Translations under genes and position numbers: made by a program
Shown here: positions 27,701 to 39,700 of the stretch, piece after piece
How the letters are laid out: each line of letters opens with the position of its first letter
Numbering within the stretch: position 1 is the stretch's first letter
Assembly: GCF_001194135.2 (NCBI RefSeq)
Contig: NC_068984.1
Location: 37,950,293 to 38,014,292 of the forward strand
DNA length: 64,000 nucleotides
Direction: 5' to 3'
Origin: Octopus bimaculoides
Taxonomy: Eukaryota
Notes under the pieces: generated by a model
Databases searched by the model: none
Told to the model about the DNA's origin: nothing
What the model saw: only the letters and a program-made list of their open reading frames with translations

Positions 27701-30700
27701 GATTTTTCTAGTTACTCAAATGTTAGTGGGAGAAGAAGAAAAAGCAGTTATGGCGAAAGTAATTTTGAATCTTTATTTGTGGCAAATTGCATTGGCTTCT
27801 TGAAAAAAGCCAACAATATCGGAGACATGTTGTGATATTTATACTTTCTCTCCAGCTGGGAACGAAAACTAGATTATGGTTAGTTTTTCAGTGAACTGTG
27901 TTCATAATACGTATAAGCTCTCGAAAACTAGTTTCGGTTTATATAGTTATTACTTCCGCTCAGCTTTTGGAAGGAGAAAATGTGACTGTTATGTCGTTCC
28001 CTGTATGTTGGACTAACCATTAATTAAATGCATCAGCTTGCATATGAAATGGATGGATATTGAAAGGGATTTCCGAATTGATAATTACTAAGTTCAGATC
28101 CCTTGTAATATTAACAACATAAACCTTTTCTAGTAATGCCGTAGAGCGCTGGCCAAAATGTTTTTTTTATATCTAGTTACGGCCGTTTATATTCTGAGTG
28201 GGGCCAATAAAATGAGTCAGGTAAAGATCGATGTAATCCACTGCATGACCACTCCCTGGCTTTGTGCCTATATTAGAAATCAAGACATTTGTATTTTAGT
28301 CCCTCAAAGTTTGATGCTCTTGTTAGAAGAATCACCAAGGCTGTTATATAAAAAGTACTTGGATCTGACAAAATTAGCATTGAGGGCGTTTTCTCTTTAT
28401 TTAGTAAATAATTCATGTGGCGCTGATTTAGATGTTGCATTTGTAAGAAAAATAGTGGGAATGCTATAAACCTAATGCCTTGTATACATACGTTCATTAA
28501 CTATCACTTCCGGCTCTTGTGCATTTATTTATGTATGTTAGCCTTTTTTTTAAAATACACTGAGAGCATGCCTGTCTAAAGGGATCGTATTCAAAGTGTA
28601 AATATTATTACATGGCTGACATAATGTACTGCACAATACGCTCTGCAAAGTCTCGATAAAATTGAAAAGTAATTGAAACACTTCAGCTACCTCCTCGTTG
28701 GAAATATAGTCATGAAAGAGTAAATAGAAGAGTTTGTACAAAAGTTTGTAGATATCTGGAGAGATATAGATATAACAGGTATCCTAGATTTACTCTTTAT
28801 GGAATTTAATCTTAGTTATCCTGAAAGACAAGACTCCTTTTTGCTGTTTGCTTTCCTAGAAAAAGTATATTCAATGAATTTACTTCAATTTCATTTCTTT
28901 TTGAAAAAGTAAATTGTTTCCCAATTAATTGTTTCTCATTTATTTATTCAGGTCCAATTGATTTTAGCAGTAAGCACAATCACTCAAGTCCTGTGAGTTC
29001 ATTACCAGTTCATCCAGATGTGAGGTTGAAACGGCTACCGTTTTATGACATTTTAGGAGAGCTTCTGAAACCAACTAGTTTGGGTATGTATGCTAAGAAA
29101 ATAAATTCCGTTTGAAATAGTGTATTTTGTTGCTAGCTAAGCAATATTAACGAAGAGTTATATCCCTTCAGATTTTTCAAAAAATTCAAATGTTTTGATT
29201 TTTACTTTGGTCATTCGATAAGTAGAAAATATTTCAGTATAAATATATAAGCTATGCCTTAATTCTGGATAATTCTTTTTTTAATTTGAAAACTCTGAAT
29301 TCAGGTATACTAATGTAATCTTTGCATACGAATTCTATTAACTTAAGTTTTTGTGGGATAAATTTTAACTATAAACAATTGATAACATCGCATGTCTGTA
29401 CCAGATGTTATTAAAAGAGAACTGTGCATAAGAAACGTGATAGATTTCGTTAAAAGGTAAAGTTGTGAAGTGTATACGAAGTTACTGATTAGAATTCATC
29501 ATTAATAGCAACTATTTTGAGTATCTTGTAACAGATGGCTCATGAGTTTTTTAATAAGCTTCGTGCTTTGTTTCATGTGAGATATATTTGACTTTAAAGT
29601 AAATCATTATTTGTTAAACATTATGATGAAGTCTAATTTGATATGTAATGATTTGTCTTTATTTTACATTGATTTAGTTTATACCTGAATATCTTCATAT
29701 TCTAATGAATCGCTGAAAAGATATGGACTGTTGTGCAAGAAAATTTTTACAGCTAAATATATAGGAAATCTGATAATGTCTAAATTTCACAAATTAGTTT
29801 TTAAACTCAGCTTGTGAAGACCTGTTGGGGAAAGCGAAATCGTGACAGCACCTGTGCCCAGCGTCGCTTTCTTGGCACTCATGCCGGTGGCACGTGTAAA
29901 GACATTCGAGCGAGATCGTTGCCAGTGCTGCTGGGTTGGCTCCTGTGCAGGTGGCACGTAAAATACACCATTTTGAGCGTGGCCATTGCCAGTACCGCCT
30001 GATTGGCCTTCTTGCCGGTGGCGTGTAAAAGCACCCACTACACTCTTGGAGTGGTTGGTGTTAGGAAGGGCATCCAGCTGTAGAAATTCTGCCAGATCAG
30101 ATTGGAGCCTGGTGTAGCCATCTGGTTCACCAGTCCTCAGTCAAATCGTCCAACTCATGCTAGCATGGAAAGCGGACATGAAATGATGATGAGTTTTTTT
30201 TTTCTCCGGAAATTTACTAAAATGAATACTGCATGTATATCATGAAAGTCTAATCCACAAAAACTGATAACACTTCAGCACAGTAGGCCTACCATTAAAT
30301 GAAATTAGTATATGTATTGAAATTAACTACAGGATGGTGACAAGGTGGTTGAAATTTATGAAAAAGGTTGTAAGTTTTGAATCAAGGGAAATGTATATCT
30401 GTAGGAGCAGGGCAACTGTAGATGATTGAAGAGAAACCAATTGAACAAAGAAAAAAAGTAATAACTGCAAGAAATTTTATGTACTTACCTAGATTTGTGC
30501 AAAATATTTCAATATTGTAAGTTTAAAAAGCTCCATGTAGAGTAAAATAGACATAAGAAATTCTGAGCATCAAATGTGAAAAATGATTATCAAAGAAGAC
30601 TCTTGGAGGGCAGTTAAGATTTTTAGAATTACTTATTGATTACTATCCCTGCTCCCCTTAACCATCCTATTATGAAATGAGAATGGTTCTTATTTTAAGC

Positions 30701-33700
30701 CTGACAGATTGAGAGAAACAGAATGTCTTTTGCAAATAGGTGATATTGTAATGTGTTTGAACATAATGGATATTTGCACTTGGAGGTTTAAAGTTGAAAT
30801 TTTAAATTGTCATCTTTTCATTTCTGTATTAACATTTTATTTGATGTATTTTGTTTTCCATTTGACTTTTGCAGTCCCTAAACCTACTGGTCGTTTTCAA
30901 GAAACATTCTTTATATTCCATCTCACTCCTCAACAGGCACAAGATATTGCTATGTCCAGGTAAATAATGTCTGTGTGTGTTCACTAGTTGACTATTAAAT
31001 CGTTAGAATCTAAAATATTATTGGTGGCTAATTAAGTTAATATAATTTTGCTAGTTTTCTTCTATATCCTTATGTTAATCAATTCCTTGTAAGTAAGGTT
31101 AGGTGAAAAATTGTGTGTGTGGGTGTGTGAGAGAGAGGAAAAGTGCAAGGTTGAGCGACCAGGGTGTTCAACACATCATCAAAAGATTGTGTGTTCAATT
31201 CCTGGGCCAGGTGACATGTGCTCTTGAGCAAAACACTTGATTTCATTTTACTCCAGTCCATTCCACTAAATGAAATAGCCATTATGTCTACCAGGTCCAC
31301 TGCAAATGAAATAGCTATCATATTCTCCCAGGTCATGGGTGAGCAGACCAAGAGAGCATCTGTCTACTCACAACTACACAGGCATGTAAAAGAAATAGCC
31401 AAAGTATGGTACATGCTTATTAGGTCAAATTTGCATGCAAGGAATTATGGTGTAATATGTCTAGTGTGCCATACAACAACTGAGGACAAAGAGAAACTAA
31501 TCGGTAAAATAAGAAGTTCATCTGTATATCTATATCAAAGAACAAGCCATTCAACAAAACACTTCAGTTTCAGTGCAACCATTGTCACAAGTACAAGCTA
31601 AGATCAGACAGCCCTATCCATACTGGCTACATTTCCTACAGTGATGTAGCTCTGGCAGGTTCTAATGCGTGCCAATGATCCCCTTAGATATAGTTGTCTC
31701 ATATTTTGAAATGAGATATGTTGGGGATCACATCATCACATAAGAAGTTCTGACAACTACTTTTAGGTCATGAAGGCTTTATGAGAAGGAACAGATCCTG
31801 TTGAAATCCTGAGGAAAACTCCCATTACTAAGTTTGAATAACATTTCCATAGCTCTGAGGTTATTTCAGAAGTGAGGGTGCACAGTATGGCTGTCTTTGC
31901 TCACACCTTCCAGTGATAAGGTGAATAATATGATATGGTCAGCAGATTGGTGCTTATGCAGGGCTGCCCATCACTTTTGTTTTTTTAGGGCTGCTCAAAG
32001 TTCTCATAGGGAAAGCACCAGCATGGTGAGTTTATTAAGATGCTTCTGTCAGTTAACTAAATGCCTCAGCTGGATTTTGTTTTAGTTCTGTCGATCATGA
32101 ACTGCACTCTTATAAACTTGTACTTGATGGTCTCTTGTACTATGTATATTCGTGTGTGTGTATGTGTGTAACAATAATGAGCTAAGGGAAATAACTGTGG
32201 ATTGTGGCAGTGTTTGAACAAAGACAAATCTAACAAGATAACTACTTGACTTATTGAAATTATCACTACTTCCAGAAAGGCTTGGTGACAGTCTCAAGAA
32301 TCGAGAATTTTCCAAAATTAACATCCCATTAAAGAAAAGATATATTTTGACTTTTTGATAGCTGTGGAAATGTTTTCACCTCAATACGCAGCTGTTGCTC
32401 AACATTGTCTCCAGCAGACCGAAATATATTTAGCTGTACAAGAAATTGTAGAGTATATTTATGGTCTAAGTAATATGAATATATGTATAGTGGGTGGGTG
32501 TGTTCCTGTTCCATGCTGACATGGATTGGGCTTTGACTGGATCCCATGTGCCCAAGGCCTGCATCAAGCTCCAATGTTTGCTTTGGCATGGATTTTACAG
32601 CTGGATACCCTTTACACTGTTTTTTTCTTTTTTTGCTTGCTCCATTGACAGTGCTACAAGCCCTGGAAGGTTGGGGATCAGTTTCATGCAAGACGATGAG
32701 GTTGCAATGAGAGAAAGAGAGCTGTGCAAAGCAAGTTCCTCCAGTGATATCTCTGCATGGCTATTAATATCTTACAGGGGAAAAAATGTCAAGTTCATTT
32801 TGCAACTACATGTCCCATTGCACTCACTTTCTGCAAGTGTCCTTGGAGCCTGTGTGTGTATGAATGTGAAGATACACACACGTGTGCACACATACATATC
32901 TTCTATATTAGATACTTATGTAATACCAAACTTCAATACTGCATGGATTGAGATTTCTGTTGACAGGACACTAGTATATAGTTTTAGTTATTTAGGTTAA
33001 GTGTCTTAATTTGGGTAGTTACAGATCTGGTGTTGCTTTGGTACATTGGTTAATACGGCTGGTTTAAAGCAGATGTAGTGTTTGAACCCCATGAGCAATG
33101 TTACATTTTTATCTTGTGTATATCTTGGTCTGCCTTGACATTGCATGCTAATGTAAACAAAATATCATCATCATACAAGCAGTGTCAATTGTTTGCAGTT
33201 TTCTGTGAAGACAGGCGTGATTTTGTATTGTTTGTGTTCAAAGAACTAGGTAAATTGTCATGCTTGGAAAAAAGGTGTGGATTGGTGAGAACAAGAGCAT
33301 TTGACCATAGTAAATCTGCCTTAGCAAATTTTGTCTGACCCATGCAAATAATGAAATTTGAATATTGAAGCAATGTTAATAATAGCTATAGCTCCTGTTG
33401 CCTACACTAACTTTATATTCAGAGTAATAAAACATCATTTAACTTGTAATAACTCTAACATTATCCAAAATGAATGAAATTTTGTTAGCTCTCCTTTAGC
33501 TAATATCAGATAAGGCAGGAGTTTGATTAAATTTTCAATGACTGATTGATCTGTGTTTAACCACAGTACAAAGCTTTTGTCAACTCTGTACTTTTCCATC
33601 AGGATCATAGCCTTCTTTATCATGAATTGCCCATGTTCTGTAGGATTGTGAATCCTAAATTGATGTAGATGGGCAATAGACCCATTTCAAATGTAGCCAT

Positions 33701-36700
33701 TTAAACTACCATTTTATCGCCAAACAGCCCTCCATACTAACTCATCTGTGTTTTGTTGCACCATTCATATATTTGCCTACGATTAGAAAATTGGCAGAAT
33801 TTGGTTTTGTTAAACCCATATATTGATAACAAAAACTTATTTTTTCATTCTGGTTAAATGTTTCAGTGTTATTAGCTTTTGAAATCATTGGCTTCTTTCT
33901 GGGAACTCTCCAGTCATATCTAAAATCTTTATTGTTTTTATGTAATATGTTGACAAATCCATAAAATTTGTTAACTCTCTAATAGTTGTACATCAATAAT
34001 TAATAACTTCCACCACTCTGTCCTTTCTAAAACTACACACAAGATAAAAATTGGCCATTGATTAATCTGTCAATGATTTTTATGTTGCCTTATGAAAATT
34101 AAAGTTACAACTAGTCCAAAAATACAATTATATGCATGTACCTGCAAAGAAGAGAAATCATACCTAATTAGAATAACAAAATCAGTGAGCAGCTAAGAGC
34201 TGTTTATTAGGTCAGTGGATGTACTTTTTACATCTGTTTAACATCCGCTTTTACATGGCCTAGATGAGATTAGGGCTTTGAGGGTGCGATTTTATTGTTG
34301 GGTGCCTCACCTGTTGCCAATCTTCATTTGCTTTTCCTGTAAGGGATTGGTTTTATATTCTGCTACTCATTGCCAATGCAGAGCGACCAGTCTGTAATGT
34401 CAGCAAGGAATGACAATATCAGTTTCACTGCACTTGTTCTGCAAAATGTCAACATTCATATATTTGTATACATATATAGACATATGTATGATAGGAAGCT
34501 TGCTTCCCAACCACATGGTTTCAGGTTGAATACCACAGTATGACACCTTGGGCAAGTGTCTTCTACTATACCCTCAAGCTGACCAAAGCCTTGTGAGTGA
34601 ATTTGGTAGTTGGAAACTGAAAGAAGTCTGTTGTATATATAATTTCATGGACTTGCAGTACATTGTGTCCTTGAACAAGTTACTTCTTGTGAAATTTCTC
34701 TAGTCTACTCAATTGAAATTGAGTGCTGGTGCAGCTGCTTGTCTCTCCATGTATCTTATTTTTGATGTTCTGCATCAGTAAAGAGAACGCTAAAAGGGTT
34801 TGTGTCTGTTCATGGCAATTTGCAAGTACTTCTTGGCTACTCAGACCTGCTTGCAAGTGACAGCTATGTTTTTCATATATGTGTATATGCATGCATTTGT
34901 GTGTGTACATATGTTTTGCCACATGCAGGTATTAAAATAATACTATACGTTATTTTTGTGTATACATTTATGTATGTGCCTGCATGTGTAAATATGTGGA
35001 TATATGTATGTACATGCATATATAAATGTATATCCCCCACTGCTATCCCACCTCAGCCTATATATCACTTTCCTTCCATACATTCTTGCATCTTCTTATC
35101 CTACCACCCTTCCCATTCTTCTGTCTCTTCTATTCACCTTGTACATTAAGGGCTAACCCTGACACATTAACTCTCTCTCTCTAGATCCATCCTAATTAAT
35201 CCCACCATTGTGAAGAAACCATATATCTCTTCTACAGCAAGAGGCATGTTCTTACACTGATGTGCATCACATACACACACGTGCATGCAAATAGTTTTAA
35301 TTTGTCTTCCAAATCTACTCATTTGGCTTTGGTTTGCTCAGGGCTATTATAGAAAGCATTTAATTGTCTGTACAGTAGGGCTGCATAGTTTCCTCTCATA
35401 GCAGGGATACATTTTACCTATTCTTAAAACCAATGTGTAGATGTATATGTTATATACATCTTCATGCATGTAATATGTGTATAAGGCAGCGAGCTAGCAG
35501 AAACATTAGCATGCCGGACGAGATGCTTAGCAGTATTTCGCCTGTCTTTACGTTCTGAGTTCAAATTCCTCTGAGGTTGAATATGCCTTTCATCTTTTCC
35601 AGGTCAATAAATTAAGTACCAGTTGCATACTGGGGTTGATCTCATTGCTTCGGGAACGTTTTTCGGTGCTGGACACTGTTTTCCGGTGCATGTCTTCTTG
35701 TCCCAGGCATGTTCTTGCGGCCTCAGGCTCATTCTTTCAGTGCCAGGCATGTTCCTACTCCAATTTGTTTCTAGTGGTTTTCTTACAATTATCTTAAACT
35801 GTTAAGCAGTTTATCTATTGAAGCTATGTTTCTACACATATAGTAGTGAAATTCTTGTTGAAATTCTCATTTAATTATGAATAGCTTGTTTTGGGAAGGT
35901 TTGATAGTAACATAATATTAAATATGGTATCAAGAATGATATTCCCCCTTTTTCAGGTGATTAAAAAAATTTTTTTAATTCATTAGAAATGTTTAAATTA
36001 TTATCGTTATCAGCGTCGCCTTACTGCCACTTGTGCCGGTGGCGCATGAAAAAAAACATTCGAGCGAGGTCATTGCCAGTGCCGCTGGACTGGCTCCTAT
36101 GCAGGTGGCACATAAAAAACCGCCATTTGAGCGTGGCCGTTGCCAGTACTGCCTGACTGCCCCTTGTGCTGGTGCCACATAAAAGCACCCACTACACTCT
36201 TGGAGTGGTTCGCGTTAGGAAGGGCATCCAGCTGTAGAAACTCTGTCAGGTCAGATTGGAGCCTGGTGCAGCCATCCAGTTTGCCAGTCCTCAGTCAAGT
36301 CATCCAACCCATGTTAGCATGGAAAGCAGACGTTAAACGATGATGATTATCCACATATCTAGGGGCAGCTCTCCTCCCACCTGCATCCACATTTTGCACT
36401 AAACCAAAGATAAATGTCTACTATAACAAGGGTTTTTTTCCTTTTGAACTTGATTATCTGCAGCCTTCACTAAAACACTAGACTCATTGGGCTTTTTTTA
36501 TTTTTTTTAAATCCAGCCGTCTTATCTTATTTGTCTACATTTTCCCCTACCAGTGATTTTTTACACTTAAATATGTATTTACAAATCTGTACATATATTA
36601 ACATGGAAAGCAACCATAAAACTGTGGAGGTAATGTTTGTGTTTATGTATAGATATATGCATCTCTGATACAGATTACATATGTGTGTTATATATATATA

Positions 36701-39700
36701 TAATGTGCATATTGAACAGTAAAGTATATGAATTTTTTTTAAATCTCAATTATTTTCCATTTTTTCCAGAGATTTTAGACCTGGTGCTAAATGTGAATAC
36801 ACAACACAAGTGCAGTTGAGGTAAGTAATGATTTTAAGGTCTTTGTTGTTCCATGTCCAAAAATATTTCAATTTTGCTTGGTTATTTATCACCTCAAATA
36901 TTCAGTGTGTTTATATTTTGAGTGTTAAGTTTAGTAATGAGTGACACACTTATATTTTTATAGATTTTGCCTTTTGGAAACAAGCTGCGAACAAGATGAC
37001 AACTTCCCTCCAAGTATATGTGTGAGAGTGAATGGGAAACTCGCGACATTGCCAGTAAGTGAACAATATTTATTGTGGAATTTTTTATAAAGTATTTAGA
37101 TTTTGCATGTCAATGACAAATGTTTTTTTCTTGATTTTGTCTTTTATAGTGTATATTTTTTAATGGCTTTTATTTATTGGGTAATTGTAACAAAAAATTA
37201 TTCCATTTTCAGAATCCAATACCAACAACTAAACCTGGTGTTGAGCCCAAACGTCCAGGACGTCCAGTTGACATCACAGCTTTATGCCGGTTGTCACCAA
37301 CAGTGCCCAATCATGTTGACGTGTCATGGGCTTCAGAGTTTGGAAGGGTTTGTATTGTTGTTTATTAATAATTTTCATTTTGTAGAAAGTATTCTTGTTG
37401 CATTTATTTTGTTTCACTTCAAATTTTGAACCATAACTATGTGGTATTTTAACATGCTGATATTGAAATGTTCGGTGTCATTCCTTTTCTGTCCCAGGGT
37501 TACTGTGTTGCAGTTTACTTGGTGAAAAAGCTTACCTCTGACATTCTACTACAAAGATTAAAACAGTTTGGTAACCGCCATCCAGATCATTCCAGAGCTT
37601 TGAGTGAGTATATTTTTACTTTTGTAAATATAATTTTTAGTTAATAAATTTTTTATATTTTAAAATTAAAAGTTAAAAGTTGGAGTAACTTGAACTACAT
37701 TTACAGAAATCTAATACTAATTTGGAGATTATTATGTACAATGATATTGTTAGTGGAAACTTTCTGTAAGAGCTAATAATATAATTTTAGCATAGTGGTA
37801 CTATCAATGTGACGTATGAATAAATTCAACTAAAATGTTTTATCATAATTATTTCTTAAACTGTAGTTAAAGAAAAATTACAACATGATCCAGACAGTGA
37901 AATTGCAACTACTAGCCTTAGAGTATCATTGATGTGTCCAGTGAGTATTCTATATATATATATATATATATATTTTCTTTTTAATTTTCCTTGTTTATAT
38001 GATTATCTTTAGATGGTTTTTCAATTGGTTCATACCCTATGGTTAACTTTCACGGCTACTGCTAAATGTTTTTTTTAAAGTTTCCCCATTTAATGAAGAT
38101 TTTCTTTAAAGAATACATTGTGCATAAAACTATTAATTGATCTATCATTTAATAAAATTTGCTACATCATTATTTTAGCATCTACTTTTCTGTGCTCACA
38201 TGGGTCAGACAAAATTCATTAATGCCATCAGATTTTCAATGGCTTGGGTACTTTCTGTCAGCAGCCCTCAATTGTTTCCAAGTAAGAGGATAGTTCTCCA
38301 TGGACAGACACTGCATGATGGTCATGTTTGTTAACAACTATCATGCAATGTTAATGTAATCAACAAATTTGTTCTGTTTGCTTTTAAGGAATTTGTCATT
38401 AAAAGAGTTTATCAGATTTGTGTATTTATTTTACAGCTTGGAAAAATGCGTCTTCAGATTCCCTGTCGTTGCAGTACATGTACACATTTACAGTGTTTTG
38501 ATGCTTTCACATTTCTTATGATGAATGAGAAAAAACCTACATGGATCTGCCCTGTCTGTGATAAATCTGCAGCATTTGATAAACTTATTATTGATGGGTA
38601 AATATATTAACAGTTTTTATATAATTCAAAGTAATTTGAAGCTAATAAATATAGTTTGTGTAAAATTTTCTTACTTTCAATCTCCCTAGATTGTTTTAGA
38701 TTTGAAATAATCACAATGCTTGAGAGGTGAGCCTACATTGTTCCAATATGAGTTGAGGTTAGTGTGTTTTTCTCAGTTATGAGTTAGATGGTCAATATTA
38801 TTTTAGTGATCATTTCTCTCTTTCAGATTATTTGTGGAAATTCTTCAACAGTCTGCTGGTTGTACAGAGATTCAATTTGGTGAAGATGGTTCTTGGAGTC
38901 CTTTGAAGGCTGTAAAAGAAACATTACTTATCAGCAGCCCAGTTATTAAAAGCTCATCAATACCAGGTAAAGTGAAAACGATTTGCCTTCAGTTTTGGTG
39001 GGTGGGTGGGTGGTAATTTTGACTGGATTCTTTGCTAACCACTATCCTGTTCTCAAGAGAAAGTAAAAGGCTTGTCTTTTGGTTTTGTGTGTGAATAGAC
39101 AAGTCTTCACAGGTAAAGTTATTCAGTAGCCAAAGAATAAAATTGTTTACTGGGATTCTTTTTTCCTACCAACCTGTTAATCAAGAATTCAGATCATAAG
39201 GCACATAAACTCCTATATAGTCAACAGTCTCAGAGCAAGTTCAATCAATTCTATCCAGATATAAAACTTGGTCACTTGAGCTGAATTATTTATTTCTTGG
39301 AAGTGTTTAACAACTGATGTCTGAGATGAATATTGCATGTTCATCTCATTGTAGAGGTATGTGAATATCTCTGGGTATATTTTCTTAAAGCCATTATTAT
39401 TTTTCTCCAAATCCAGCAGCTACAGCATTCATTTATTAGTATTTGTGGATTGGTAGTACTGATGTGTAGAGAACTGAAGATGTTTCCAGATAACTTATTG
39501 ATTGGTTTCAGCCCCCACTGCATGGTATCTTGGGCAAATGTCTTCTATCATAGCTTGGATGGGGGTTATAAATAGATGGAAACTGAAATAAGCCCATCAT
39601 GTGGGGTTGTTTGTGTTCCTTTGTTTCAATATCATATGGTGTTGTAAATCAGAGACATTGTCACTAGAAGAGTGTTATTCATTTCTAGTATTCTGTTAAA

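Larger units (their letters stand above)
24200..29700. promoter_or_regulatory. CpG-retaining domain, probable internal promoter within the PIAS intron
   Basis: By eye, CG dinucleotides occur on nearly every 60-nt line here but are rare over 2-24 kb and 31-52 kb outside young repeats. It contains the alternative ATG exon. Boundaries are approximate. Confidence 0.7.

Noticed and set aside
28158-28469. 103-aa ORF in the CpG island with a CAG|gtaaag donor
   Set aside because: The donor is phase 0 against a phase-1 acceptor at 28952, and the peptide has no recognisable motif.
29855-30040. Regularly spaced repeats as a CRISPR-like array
   Set aside because: Eukaryotic context; the units are whole-length degenerate tandem repeats inside a dispersed LINE 3'UTR, with no unique spacers or cas genes.
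31218-33000. ORFs 31218-31601, 32329-32691 and 32494-33000
   Set aside because: They overlap SINE or RTE remnants, have no splice or homology support, and have non-protein-like composition.
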